DNA from: an uncultured Bacteroidales bacterium
GTDB taxonomy: Bacteria; Bacteroidota; Bacteroidia; Bacteroidales; JAUNSR01
Assembly: GCA_947074145.1 (NCBI GenBank)
Contig: CAMTOJ010000007.1
Coordinates: 42,742-106,741 of the forward strand
Direction of reading: 5' to 3'
Length of the DNA: 64,000 nucleotides
Part shown: in pieces, positions 29,277 to 38,260 of the stretch
Layout of the letters: each line of letters opens with the position of its first letter
Numbering within the stretch: position 1 is the first letter of the stretch
The notes under the pieces: generated by a model
The model's database searches: none
Seen by the model: the letters and a program-made list of their open reading frames with translations, nothing else
Told to the model about the DNA's origin: nothing
Position numbers and translations under genes: made by a program

Positions 29277-31058
29277 ATGGATAAAGAAACAAGAGGATTG
29301 CTTTTTCTTCTTTTTATAATTTTATGTGCAACTTTGCTGCCATTCATAGGGCTAATAGATTTTCACACAAAGGGAGAACCTCGTGAAGCGGTTGTAGCAC
29401 TATCGATGCTTGAAACAGGTAATTGGATTTTACCTTATAATTTCAGTACCGATATGGCTTATAAACCTCCTTTTTTTCATTGGATGGTAGCTTTAGCATC
29501 ACTTCCCTTTGGTGAGGTTACCGAATTTTCTTCACGCCTCCCCTCCACTGTGGCTTTTATTATAATGTCGATATTCTTTTTCCTTTTCTATGCAAAGCGA
29601 ATTGATACGATGAGAGCTTTTATAGCTACTCTTATTACTGCGACCACATTTGAGGTACATCGTGCAGCAATGAATGCAAGAGTTGATATGGTGCTTACTG
29701 CTTTGATTGTAATAGCGATAATTGAATTGTATAAATGGTATGATCATGGAATGAAGTGGATCCCTTTTTGGTCAATCATTTTCATGAGTTGTGCTACTCT
29801 TACCAAAGGTCCGGTTGGCTTTCTGTTACCTTGTGCAAGCATGGGACTGTTTCTTATATTCAACGGAAGAAACTTTTTTTACGCATTATGGAAAATGGCA
29901 TATCCGGCTGTTTTATCGTGTATATTTCCTCTAATTTGGTATATGCTTGCTTATCAACAAGGTGGTGAAGAGTTTTACAATTTGGTAATGGAGGAAAACT
30001 TTGGTCGCTTCTTTGGAAAAATGAGTTATGAATCACATGAAAATTCTGCTTTTTATAATGTTCTGACTTTGCTTACAGGATATCTACCATGGACTCTTCT
30101 TTTGATATTTTCTCTATTTACTTTACAATACAGAAGGGGTTGGAGAAATCTTGGTTTGGGAGTAAATACAAAGGCAATAAAAGTGTGGAGAGATATAAAA
30201 GAGTGGTTTGAAGAGATTGATCGTCCACGATTATATGCAGCTGTTACGGCATTCGTAATCTTTGTTTTTTATTGTATTCCTAAAAGTAAAAGATCTGTAT
30301 ATCTTTTACCGGTTTACCCTTTCCTTGCTATATATGTAGCCGATTTCCTTATCTGGATAGTAATGGACAGAGGACGTATCTATAAATTATTCAATTGGAT
30401 AATAGCTTCTCTGACTTTTATAATTATGGCTTTATGGGGTATTATAAAACTTGGATTACTTGAACCGGAAAGATATCTGTCAGGAAAAACAGCAGTAAAA
30501 CTTGCACGTTATACTCATGTCATAGAATCATCTGATTATACTATTATCGGCTTAGTGAGTATCGGAATTTGTCTTCTCTGTATAGCTTTATTTTTCAGAA
30601 ATGCTATTGATAAGAAAAGGATATATATAAGCTCCTCTTTTGCTCTGATTTTTGGTGTACAGTTTCTTCTTGACGGTATGATTCAACCAATAATACTTAA
30701 CAATAAATCGATAAAGAATTTCTCTTATGAAATAAATAAAGCAATTGGAGATCAACCTGTATATCAATATATATCAATAGATATGCTTAGATTTTATATC
30801 ACTAATTTTTATTTAGGGGATAAAATAAAGCTGTTTGAAGAGTATAATCCTGAATCAGGTTATCTTATGATAGGAGAAAAAGATTTTAGAGCATTCAATG
30901 ATCAATATGGAGATGGATATCTCTTTGAAGAAGTTATGAAATCACCTCATAATGAAACCGATGTTAGAGATTATATCTTATTATATAAATTCAACAAACA
31001 GAAAGATTCGCCTACTTCATCTTCAGAGATTGAGGAAAAGGAATCCACTTTACAGTAA
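29277..31058 (+). CDS. GT-C fold glycosyltransferase (ArnT / PMT_2-like, GT39/83-type)
   Basis: 593 aa, about 12 or more TM. N-terminal KGEPREAVVALSMLETGNW...YKPPFFHW is typical of ArnT/PMT-like enzymes. Confidence 0.75.
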   Translation: MDKETRGLLFLLFIILCATLLPFIGLIDFHTKGEPREAVVALSMLETGNWILPYNFSTDMAYKPPFFHWMVALASLPFGEVTEFSSRLPSTVAFIIMSIFFFLFYAKRIDTMRAFIATLITATTFEVHRAAMNARVDMVLTALIVIAIIELYKWYDHGMKWIPFWSIIFMSCATLTKGPVGFLLPCASMGLFLIFNGRNFFYALWKMAYPAVLSCIFPLIWYMLAYQQGGEEFYNLVMEENFGRFFGKMSYESHENSAFYNVLTLLTGYLPWTLLLIFSLFTLQYRRGWRNLGLGVNTKAIKVWRDIKEWFEEIDRPRLYAAVTAFVIFVFYCIPKSKRSVYLLPVYPFLAIYVADFLIWIVMDRGRIYKLFNWIIASLTFIIMALWGIIKLGLLEPERYLSGKTAVKLARYTHVIESSDYTIIGLVSIGICLLCIALFFRNAIDKKRIYISSSFALIFGVQFLLDGMIQPIILNNKSIKNFSYEINKAIGDQPVYQYISIDMLRFYITNFYLGDKIKLFEEYNPESGYLMIGEKDFRAFNDQYGDGYLFEEVMKSPHNETDVRDYILLYKFNKQKDSPTSSSEIEEKESTLQ

Positions 31059-31131
31059 TAACAATTTTCAAAACACATTAAAAACCCGATGAATAAAATC
31101 TATAATTCATCACTAAAAATTATGCCATAAT

Positions 31132-31833
31132 ATGAGAACTTTATTAACAGCTTTAATAAGTTGCCTGATGTTAATAGGATGTAATATCAAGCAACAAAAT
31201 AATGAAAATAAAGATTCCGAAAGAGCGGAAATATTATTTCACACAACGATGGGCGACTTTAAAATGGCTCTGTTTAATGAAACACCTTTGCATAGAGATG
31301 CTTATCTTCTTCTGACTAAATGTGGATATTTCGATTCTTTACTTTTTCATAGAGTTATAAATAATTTCGTTGTACAAGGGGGCGATCCTAATTCTAAGTT
31401 TGCTCGTGAAGGTGATTTTTTAGGAGAAGGTGAGGCTTTTAGAATTCCCGCCGAGATAAGATTTCCTCAGCTATATCATAAAAGAGGTATGGTGAATGCT
31501 GCTCGTATGGGTGATGATGAAAATCCAAAAAGAGAATCATGTGCTCTTCAATTTGCTATTATGACTTGCGGACCATTGAGTGAAGAAAGAATAAAAAAAG
31601 GACAACAAAGAATTCATGCCGGAACAGATTCTACAGTTAATCTTTCATCTGAAATGATTGAAACTTATAAAAATATCGGAGGTTCACCTCATCTTGATGC
31701 TCAATATACAATATTTGCAGAGATAGTTGAAGGTATGGATGTGGTTGATAAGATACAGAAAGTAAGTGTAGATGAAAATGATAGACCTATTACAGACGTT
31801 AGAATAATTAAGGCTTCGGTGGTAAAAGAATAG
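31132..31833 (+). CDS. Cyclophilin-type peptidyl-prolyl isomerase, lipoprotein
   Basis: FHRVINNFVVQGGDP. Signal ...LMLIGCN. Confidence 0.85.
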   Translation: MRTLLTALISCLMLIGCNIKQQNNENKDSERAEILFHTTMGDFKMALFNETPLHRDAYLLLTKCGYFDSLLFHRVINNFVVQGGDPNSKFAREGDFLGEGEAFRIPAEIRFPQLYHKRGMVNAARMGDDENPKRESCALQFAIMTCGPLSEERIKKGQQRIHAGTDSTVNLSSEMIETYKNIGGSPHLDAQYTIFAEIVEGMDVVDKIQKVSVDENDRPITDVRIIKASVVKE

Positions 31834-32006
31834 ATCCTTATATAAAATAAATAAGCTGATATTCCTTAAAATATAATTTGGGCTTATTGATGAAAATTTT
31901 GATTTTGTAGAAAGATTAAGCTGTAAAACCGAGAAAGAGGTCTTTTTTATTGCTTTTTGAAAGCATTTCCCATTAATACGATAATTTGTAAATATGATTA
32001 TTTGAT

Positions 32007-32207
32007 TTATTTATAATCAACAATTATTTGTTTATTATTTTCCAGTGATGTTGTTGTAGTATCTGAAGCTAGATTATTACAATCTGCTGTATTTATAAGC
32101 CTATTAGTTTCAGAATTGTTAGTTTCTACTTCAATATCGTTTTTAGAGCAACTTATAAGGATAATGAGAGAAGCAATAGTTATGAATGTATAAATATAAA
32201 ATTTCAT
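32007..32207 (-). CDS. Small hypothetical lipoprotein (66 aa)
   Basis: MKFYIYTFITIASLIILISC lipobox. No other support. Confidence 0.3.
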   Translation of the reverse strand: MKFYIYTFITIASLIILISCSKNDIEVETNNSETNRLINTADCNNLASDTTTTSLENNKQIIVDYK

Positions 32208-32459
32208 CTTATACTCTTTTAGTAATTAAATTTGAATGAGTTTATTATAAATTCAAACAGATATTTTTTCAAATAGTTTATTTCCTAATTATGCGTTTTT
32301 CTTAATTGGAATATTTTCAGCAATAATCACTACATAATAGAATGAAAAGATTAAATAATATCTAAAAAAATAGATATTAGTAACTTTTTAGATATATATT
32401 TTGGATAATATACGTATAATTAAGAACCTTATGTGAAAGAATTATACTATTTCCATCTA

Positions 32460-32891
32460 TTATGGTCTTTTCCAATATTGAGATCTACTGAAAGGCCCTA
32501 TCGAACCCTTTACTATAAGAATATTTGAATCTCTGGGGTCTATTTTCACAGAACAATTATAAGATTTACCATTTTGGGGATCTGTAATTGTGCCATCTTT
32601 ATATTCATTCCCCTTTTTAATCAGATTTTCAATTACATTCATTCCTATAACAGGCTTATCTTTCTTATCCCCTTTACATTTATCACAAATTACATCTTCA
32701 GGATTCTGATTTGCTAATATATTATATAGCTTAATCACTTTTCCATAATATTTTCCTTGTTGTTCATATATTTCAACCTCTGACTTCGGTTTTTTAGTCT
32801 CATCATCATAAGATACCCATTTTCCTAATATATCCTGAGCATTTGTAAAAAATGAAGATAAAATAAACATTATAAAAAAAATCTTTTTCAT
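32460..32891 (-). CDS. DUF2147-family secreted protein
   Basis: GKWVSYDDETKKPKSEVEIYEQQGKYYGKVI...TDPQNGKSYNCSVKID matches DUF2147. The ATG at 32891 gives signal peptide MKKIFFIMFILSSFFTNAQ; the longer ORF to 33023 is rejected. Confidence 0.75.
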   Translation of the reverse strand: MKKIFFIMFILSSFFTNAQDILGKWVSYDDETKKPKSEVEIYEQQGKYYGKVIKLYNILANQNPEDVICDKCKGDKKDKPVIGMNVIENLIKKGNEYKDGTITDPQNGKSYNCSVKIDPRDSNILIVKGSIGPFSRSQYWKRP

Positions 32892-33053
32892 AATAATATT
32901 TATTAGAATTATTAATAATAAATACTTTAGTTTTACATAAGATGTGAAAAGAAAGAGATCGAAATAAATAAAAAAACGATCTACTATATTGAGAGTTTCA
33001 CATATGAATTGAAAGAAAAACATCGAAATTAAAAATATAGTTCTGTTTCTTCT

Positions 33054-33803
33054 TTAAATTATATTGCATTTGAATCTTTTTAAAGAATCTTCTAATTCAT
33101 TCTTCTTATCCTCTTCAACAATAAGGTAATCAACATCTCCAATATTCCCTATCACATAATTTTCAGCTTTTCCAAGTTTATGATTATCTGCAATAACTAT
33201 AACCTTATTTGCTCTTTCAATCATAAGTCTCTTGATAAGCGATTCTTCTCTGTCAGGAGCGGTAAGTCCTGCATTTATATCCACACTACAGACTCCCAGA
33301 ATAAGAAGATCCGCAAGCACTGTTTGTAACCCTTGAAATACATTCATTCCGACCGTTACTTTGGAACTTCTAAACAATGTGCCTCCAAGAAAAATAAGAT
33401 CTATCTCGGGACGTTTCATCACTTCATTTGCAATAGGAAAACTATTAGTATATATCGTTAAAGATAAATTAGAAGGCAAAAGGCGCACCACTTCCAGATT
33501 TGAGGTTCCTCCATCAATAATAATTATATCATTGTTTTTTATCAATGGCAAAACTTTAGATGCAAGCTCTCTTTTCTTCTCCACCATTCTGTGCTCTCTA
33601 CTTTCAAAATCGAGAGGCAAATTCATTTTTGCTATCGCACCTCCATGAACTTTGATTAGTAAACCTTCCGATTCCATCTCTATCAAATCGCGTCTTAACG
33701 TGTCATCTGAGACATTTAACTCATTGCTTAAATCTGTAATATATATTCTTTGATTATCTCTGATTTTTTGGAATATAAAATCATGTCTTTGTTTTTTATT
33801 CAT
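33054..33803 (-). CDS. DeoR/GlpR-family transcriptional repressor
   Basis: N-terminal HTH (ITDLSNELNVSDDTLRRDLIEMESEGLLIKVHGGA) followed by a sugar-phosphate-binding DeoR C-domain. Confidence 0.85.
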   Translation of the reverse strand: MNKKQRHDFIFQKIRDNQRIYITDLSNELNVSDDTLRRDLIEMESEGLLIKVHGGAIAKMNLPLDFESREHRMVEKKRELASKVLPLIKNNDIIIIDGGTSNLEVVRLLPSNLSLTIYTNSFPIANEVMKRPEIDLIFLGGTLFRSSKVTVGMNVFQGLQTVLADLLILGVCSVDINAGLTAPDREESLIKRLMIERANKVIVIADNHKLGKAENYVIGNIGDVDYLIVEEDKKNELEDSLKRFKCNII

Positions 33804-33837
33804 ATTTGCGGTATTTTAACGCTATAATACCGCAAAT
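33804..33837. promoter_or_regulatory. Perfect 12-bp inverted repeat abutting the DeoR start codon (candidate operator)
   Basis: ATTTGCGGTATT (33804-33815) / AATACCGCAAAT (33826-33837) with a 10-bp spacer. Further half-sites are ATTGCGGTATTT (33868-33879) and ATGCGGTTTTAT (33889-33900). Confidence 0.55.
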
Positions 33838-33979
33838 ATAAGTAATTTAGAAAACAAAAAGGGATTAATTGCGGTATTTATCCAAGTTATGCGGTTTTAT
33901 TTTATTATCTAATATAAAAAATCAGAAAACTACGCAAACAAATGATTAGTTCGCAAACTCCGATTAAAATATAACAATA

Positions 33980-34495
33980 ATGAAAACAAAAATTTTAATA
34001 GATATGGATGGTGTATTGGCTGATGTTTATAAACCATTGATTATGGAAGAATACACAAAGAATAATAAAATAATTAATGAATCAGACTTAAATGGAATTG
34101 CTGAATATGATGCTTTCCCGAATCTGAGAAAAATAGTCACATCAAACAACTTTTTTAGAAATGCTCCTATAATGGATGGAAGTATTGAAGGACTTAAATA
34201 TCTAAATGAAAAATATGATGTACTTATTGTATCTTCTGCTACCGAATTTCCAAATTGCATTAATGATAAACAAAATTGGTTAGAAGAACATTTTCCTTTT
34301 ATAAGTTGGGAACAGATGATTTTTTGCGGTAAAAAAGAGAGCGTATGTGGAGATATTATGATTGATGATCATCCGAAAAACCTTGTTTATTTTAAAGGTA
34401 AAAAGATTATTTTTACTCAACCACATAATTATAATATCAATAATTCCGAATATATTCGTGTATTCTCATGGAAAGAGATACAAAATATATTATAA
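33980..34495 (+). CDS. HAD-superfamily 5'(3')-deoxyribonucleotidase
   Basis: ILIDMDGVLAD (DxDxV motif I), VSSAT and MIDDHPKN. 171 aa. Confidence 0.75.
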   Translation: MKTKILIDMDGVLADVYKPLIMEEYTKNNKIINESDLNGIAEYDAFPNLRKIVTSNNFFRNAPIMDGSIEGLKYLNEKYDVLIVSSATEFPNCINDKQNWLEEHFPFISWEQMIFCGKKESVCGDIMIDDHPKNLVYFKGKKIIFTQPHNYNINNSEYIRVFSWKEIQNIL

Positions 34496-34654
34496 TCGAA
34501 CTTAATGGTCCTTTATATTATTTTGAAATTAGAATTAATGAATGTATAATTATACGTTAATGCAGTTTATTAAAAAGGAGAATTTTTATTCACTACACTG
34601 AGAAGAGCTTATATCTATCTTTAAATATCAATCATAATAAATAAAACAATACAC

Positions 34655-35515
34655 ATGGAAAATTTTATCAAAACGGAGAAATTTTTTATTATATTTCTGA
34701 TAATTATGTCATTTGCTACTTCATGTAGTGATTCTTTATCAGATAAAACTATCGACACTACAATTCCCGGACCAAGCGGACGACTTTTTGTAACTCTTGA
34801 AATTCCCAAACTTAAGAAAAATGAAAAATGTCCAATGGTAATACTTATGCATGGTATTTTTTCAAATCGAAATACTGAATTAATGACGATGATTGCCAAT
34901 AAGTTGAAAGCGGAAGGTATAGCATCTATTCGTTTGGATTTTAATGGTCATGGTGAAAGTGATGGTGACTTCCAAAATATGACAGTCGCCAACGAAGTTG
35001 CGGATGCGAAAGCTGTATATGAGTATGCAAAGTCTTTAGATTGTGTAAGCTCAATATCTCTTTTAGGTCATTCTCAAGGTGGTGTTGTAGCAAGTTTACT
35101 TGCCGGAGAATTAGGAAATGAAAAGATTAAAAACGTTGTTTTGATGGCTCCTGCTGCCGTTCTTGAAGATCAGGCAAAAGAGGGAACTACATTAGGACAG
35201 AAATTCGATCCAAACGATATTCCTGAATACTTAGAGGTATTTGGACATAAAATAGGCAGAGAATATTTTAAAGTGGCTCAAAATCTTAATATATATGAGA
35301 ATGCGGCAAAATATAAAGGACAAGTTTATATTATTCATGGAATAAAGGATTTTGTCGTACCATATACTTACGCTGAAAAATATAATGATGTATATAATGA
35401 CAGTAAATTATCATTATTAGAAAATGAAGATCATTCTTTTGATAAAGAAAAAGAAAAAACAACAGATCTTGTTGCTAATTTCTTTGCTAATACACTTATA
35501 AAGAGTAATGAATAA
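34655..35515 (+). CDS. Alpha/beta-hydrolase (esterase-type) lipoprotein
   Basis: Lipobox FATSC, nucleophile elbow GHSQGG, and later D and H (ENEDHSF). Confidence 0.75.
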   Translation: MENFIKTEKFFIIFLIIMSFATSCSDSLSDKTIDTTIPGPSGRLFVTLEIPKLKKNEKCPMVILMHGIFSNRNTELMTMIANKLKAEGIASIRLDFNGHGESDGDFQNMTVANEVADAKAVYEYAKSLDCVSSISLLGHSQGGVVASLLAGELGNEKIKNVVLMAPAAVLEDQAKEGTTLGQKFDPNDIPEYLEVFGHKIGREYFKVAQNLNIYENAAKYKGQVYIIHGIKDFVVPYTYAEKYNDVYNDSKLSLLENEDHSFDKEKEKTTDLVANFFANTLIKSNE

Positions 35516-35590
35516 GAGATTAAAAAAAATAGATTAATAAGCTAAATTTACTTTTAAATAGAAAATAAGAGTGTTTTTTAATAAAAATCA

Positions 35591-35637
35591 AAAGAGATAG
35601 CCGGGCATAATACCTGGCTATCTCTTTTTGTTTTTTT
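35591..35637. terminator. Bidirectional terminator between the esterase gene and the convergent membrane-protein gene
   Basis: AAAGAGATAGCC (35591-35602) / GGCTATCTCTTT (35616-35627) plus inner GG/CC pairs, followed by TTGTTTTTTT. Confidence 0.8.
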
Positions 35638-35718
35638 ATAATAATCTCTTAAGATATTATCTTAATCTCTTTTTGATATTATATTATTATAATCTATAAT
35701 ACGTTTCCACTAAAAATC

Positions 35719-36231
35719 TCATCTTTTCAGAAGATATTTAATCACCAAATATCCTCCGAAAACTTGAAGCAACATACCCGGAATTCCTATTCTGAAATCC
35801 TGAATTGCTTTAAAAAAATCTCCTATTATTGCCCACTCAATAAGAGTTCCGAAAAGCTGATATGCAAGAACGACTAAAGCAAGGATAGGAAGAGATATCT
35901 TTTTAAAATACCCAGCGGCAAAGGCTGCCGATAACGCAAGAAAAACCGATTTAATCAATATTGCAGGAAGAACAGCCAAAGGGGGCATTCCGAAAAGCAG
36001 ATGATTTGCCAAAGGGGACAAAACAGCCGTTAAAAGTCCTGCTTTCCAACCATATTTATAAGCTGCAATAAGTGTAAAGAAATATATCGGAAGGAAAATA
36101 AATCCTCCCTGAGGGATAAGATGGCTAACTTGTGGAAGTACAATATTTCCAACCACGAACATCATAGCTATTATATATGTTCTTGCATCCCTGTAATCAA
36201 GCGAATAAAGTTTTAAAGCCTTAGTTTGCAT
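35719..36231 (-). CDS. Small polytopic inner-membrane protein (about 5-6 TM; ECF S-component-like or small permease-like), function unknown
   Basis: 170 aa, almost entirely hydrophobic helices (VVGNIVLPQV, FIFLPIYFFTLIAAY, LLTAVLSPL, LPAILIKSVFLALSAAFAAG, ILALVVLAYQLFG, MLLQVFGGYLVI). 19 nt downstream of the TonB receptor gene. Confidence 0.7.
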   Translation of the reverse strand: MQTKALKLYSLDYRDARTYIIAMMFVVGNIVLPQVSHLIPQGGFIFLPIYFFTLIAAYKYGWKAGLLTAVLSPLANHLLFGMPPLAVLPAILIKSVFLALSAAFAAGYFKKISLPILALVVLAYQLFGTLIEWAIIGDFFKAIQDFRIGIPGMLLQVFGGYLVIKYLLKR

Positions 36232-36250
36232 AAAGTTTTATTTGATTTGT

Positions 36251-38134
36251 TTAAAAATTCATATTAATTCCCCCCATAACCGTTGTTCCTGGCATTGGGA
36301 AACCTGTGTTTATTTCATATTTTTTGTTTAAAAGATTCTCCCCTTTTACATAGAGTTCTATCTTTTTAGTTGGTTTTACCTTCAGTATTGCATTCCATAA
36401 CAAGAAGTTTTCCTGTTCCACGGGACTTAAAGATGTATACAATCCATCAATATATTGTGCACCGGTTGAAACCCCAAACCATTTTGAATCATAATTTACT
36501 CCACAGTAAAACTTATGTTCAGGGGCTGCCAAAACAGGCGTTTCCATATGTAACCAACTATAATTAGTCAAAATACTAAATGCTGTCGAAAGTTGATAAG
36601 AAGCAGAAAGTTCCGCTCCCCAATTCTCAATATCACCGGTATTTACATTTAAAGGTCTTCCGTTTACAGGCATTACCCTAATTATATTATCACCCTTAAT
36701 ATAGAAAGCATTAACCGAATAAGAAAGCTTATTATCTAATAACCTTTGAGAAAAAGAAAATTCATAATTCCACAAAGACTCCGGCTTCAAATCCGGGTTT
36801 TGTGGTGGGAACATATACATCTCTCTAATTGTAGGGTTTCTAAACCCGCGACTTGCGATTATCTTGATCTCTGAAGTTTGCAATGGATATAAAGATACAC
36901 CGAATTGAGGTATCCAATGAGAACCACTGACAGAATGATGGTCAAAACGAACGCCTGCGTTAAGAGTAATAAAAGAAGCCAGATTCTGTCGAATATCAAT
37001 ATATCCTGCAATATTATCCTCTGTCTTATCAATTATATCGGTATTTGTACCATCATTAAAGGCATTCCATGCATGTCCTCCAAAATTCTGATAATCAAAA
37101 CCGAAAGTAATTCTATTGCCTGAGAAAAGATTAAAGCCCTGATACCAATTAATACCATACATCTTATCAGTTGAATTAAAGAGATAATCACGAGGAGATC
37201 CTCCCTCATTAAATCCGTCATCTATTTTATGACGTCCCCAATTATAAAATAACTTGATTGCTCCTGACGAAAGTTCATAATTATTTTCAATAGCTACAGA
37301 TGCCACTCCCCTTGTAATCTGAGAATCATTATCAAAAATCGGATTTATATCAGTTCCGGGATTTGATGCATTAAAATGAGTCAGACTAAGATCAGTGAAA
37401 ACATTCCAGTTTTCAGTTATATCATATCCCAATTTTGCATAACCTCCATATTGTTCAAAATCCATATTTTCACGATGTCCGTCACTTCTGTTATAAGAAC
37501 CTGTAATGACAGATGAAAATTTATTCTTTCTTACTCGGTTTGAAAACTCTGTAGTGAGAGTATTATATGATCCATATCCAACTTTCAGATTGGTGTTCAC
37601 TCCATCATTTTTCTGTTTTTTTGTCAGAATATTTATCACACCACCCATTGCATTAGAACCGTAAAGCATCGAAGATGGGCCCCTTACTATTTCCACTTTC
37701 TCAGCAATCATTGACTGATAAGCATCTGCGATAGAATGCCCCATTAATCCCATATATTGAGGATGACTATCAATAAGAATCAACATTCCAGTAGTTGGGG
37801 AACCGCCCACTCCTCTCATAGAGATACCTCCAGCTGCTCCGGTAGAAACACCATAACCCATTACTCCACGAGAAGTTGTAAAAAGGCCGGGTACAAGTTC
37901 TGTCAAAACCGGAAGTAAAGATTGTTCATATCGCTTCTCAATCTGATTATTATCGACTATAGAAACACTTAAAGGCAAATGTCTTAAATCCACCTCACTA
38001 CGCGCTCCGGTCACTACAACTTCAGAAATAAGTAAACTATCGCTTATGGCTGTATTTGCCATAAGCATTGAATTTTGAGCAATACCGGATATCAGTGTAA
38101 ATCCGAATATTGAGCCTATTAATATTTTATTCAT
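36251..38134 (-). CDS. BtuB-sized TonB-dependent receptor (plug plus 22-strand-barrel type, no N-terminal extension)
   Basis: ISEVVVTGAR, plug motifs (ISMRGVGG..., LILIDSHP, VEIVRGPSSMLYGSNAMGGVINILTK) and terminal GGINMNF. 627 aa. Confidence 0.85.
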   Translation of the reverse strand: MNKILIGSIFGFTLISGIAQNSMLMANTAISDSLLISEVVVTGARSEVDLRHLPLSVSIVDNNQIEKRYEQSLLPVLTELVPGLFTTSRGVMGYGVSTGAAGGISMRGVGGSPTTGMLILIDSHPQYMGLMGHSIADAYQSMIAEKVEIVRGPSSMLYGSNAMGGVINILTKKQKNDGVNTNLKVGYGSYNTLTTEFSNRVRKNKFSSVITGSYNRSDGHRENMDFEQYGGYAKLGYDITENWNVFTDLSLTHFNASNPGTDINPIFDNDSQITRGVASVAIENNYELSSGAIKLFYNWGRHKIDDGFNEGGSPRDYLFNSTDKMYGINWYQGFNLFSGNRITFGFDYQNFGGHAWNAFNDGTNTDIIDKTEDNIAGYIDIRQNLASFITLNAGVRFDHHSVSGSHWIPQFGVSLYPLQTSEIKIIASRGFRNPTIREMYMFPPQNPDLKPESLWNYEFSFSQRLLDNKLSYSVNAFYIKGDNIIRVMPVNGRPLNVNTGDIENWGAELSASYQLSTAFSILTNYSWLHMETPVLAAPEHKFYCGVNYDSKWFGVSTGAQYIDGLYTSLSPVEQENFLLWNAILKVKPTKKIELYVKGENLLNKKYEINTGFPMPGTTVMGGINMNF

Positions 38135-38194
38135 CTATTTTTTTGAAACACTTTAGTTTATCTCTCAATCAACTCTTAAAAGGAATATAACTGT

Positions 38195-38214
38195 CTCTGC
38201 CGTGTTAATACAAA
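38195..38214 (-). promoter_or_regulatory. Weak third copy of the TTTGTATACAA-N-CATCAGT motif, upstream of the TonB receptor
   Basis: The minus strand reads TTTGTATTAACACGGCAGAG, matching 13/20 positions of the copy at 43044-43063. It lies 61 nt upstream of the receptor ATG. Confidence 0.25.
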
Positions 38215-38260
38215 TTTCGAGTTCATCCTGTTAATCAACTTCTAAAAAAAATATATCCCT

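Noticed and set aside
21353-31058. umuDC and the Gtr-like triad as remnants of a prophage or integrative element
   Set aside because: No integrase, recombinase, phage structural genes, tRNA target or flanking direct repeats are present. The neighbouring genes are core housekeeping (phoH, purC, ubiE), and base composition looks uniform.
32892-33023. 44-codon N-terminal extension of the DUF2147 ORF
   Set aside because: The internal ATG at 32891 gives a standard signal peptide (MKKIFFIMFILSSFFTNAQ). The extension is Phe/Ile/Leu-rich read-through of AT-rich leader DNA.
38135-38260. Riboswitch (TPP, cobalamin or other) upstream of the BtuB-sized TonB receptor
   Set aside because: I looked on the minus strand for the TPP CUGAGA/ACCUGA cores and for a B12 box (GCCACUG-like). 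Neither is present, and the 126-nt leader is too short for a cobalamin element. An Infernal scan would settle it.
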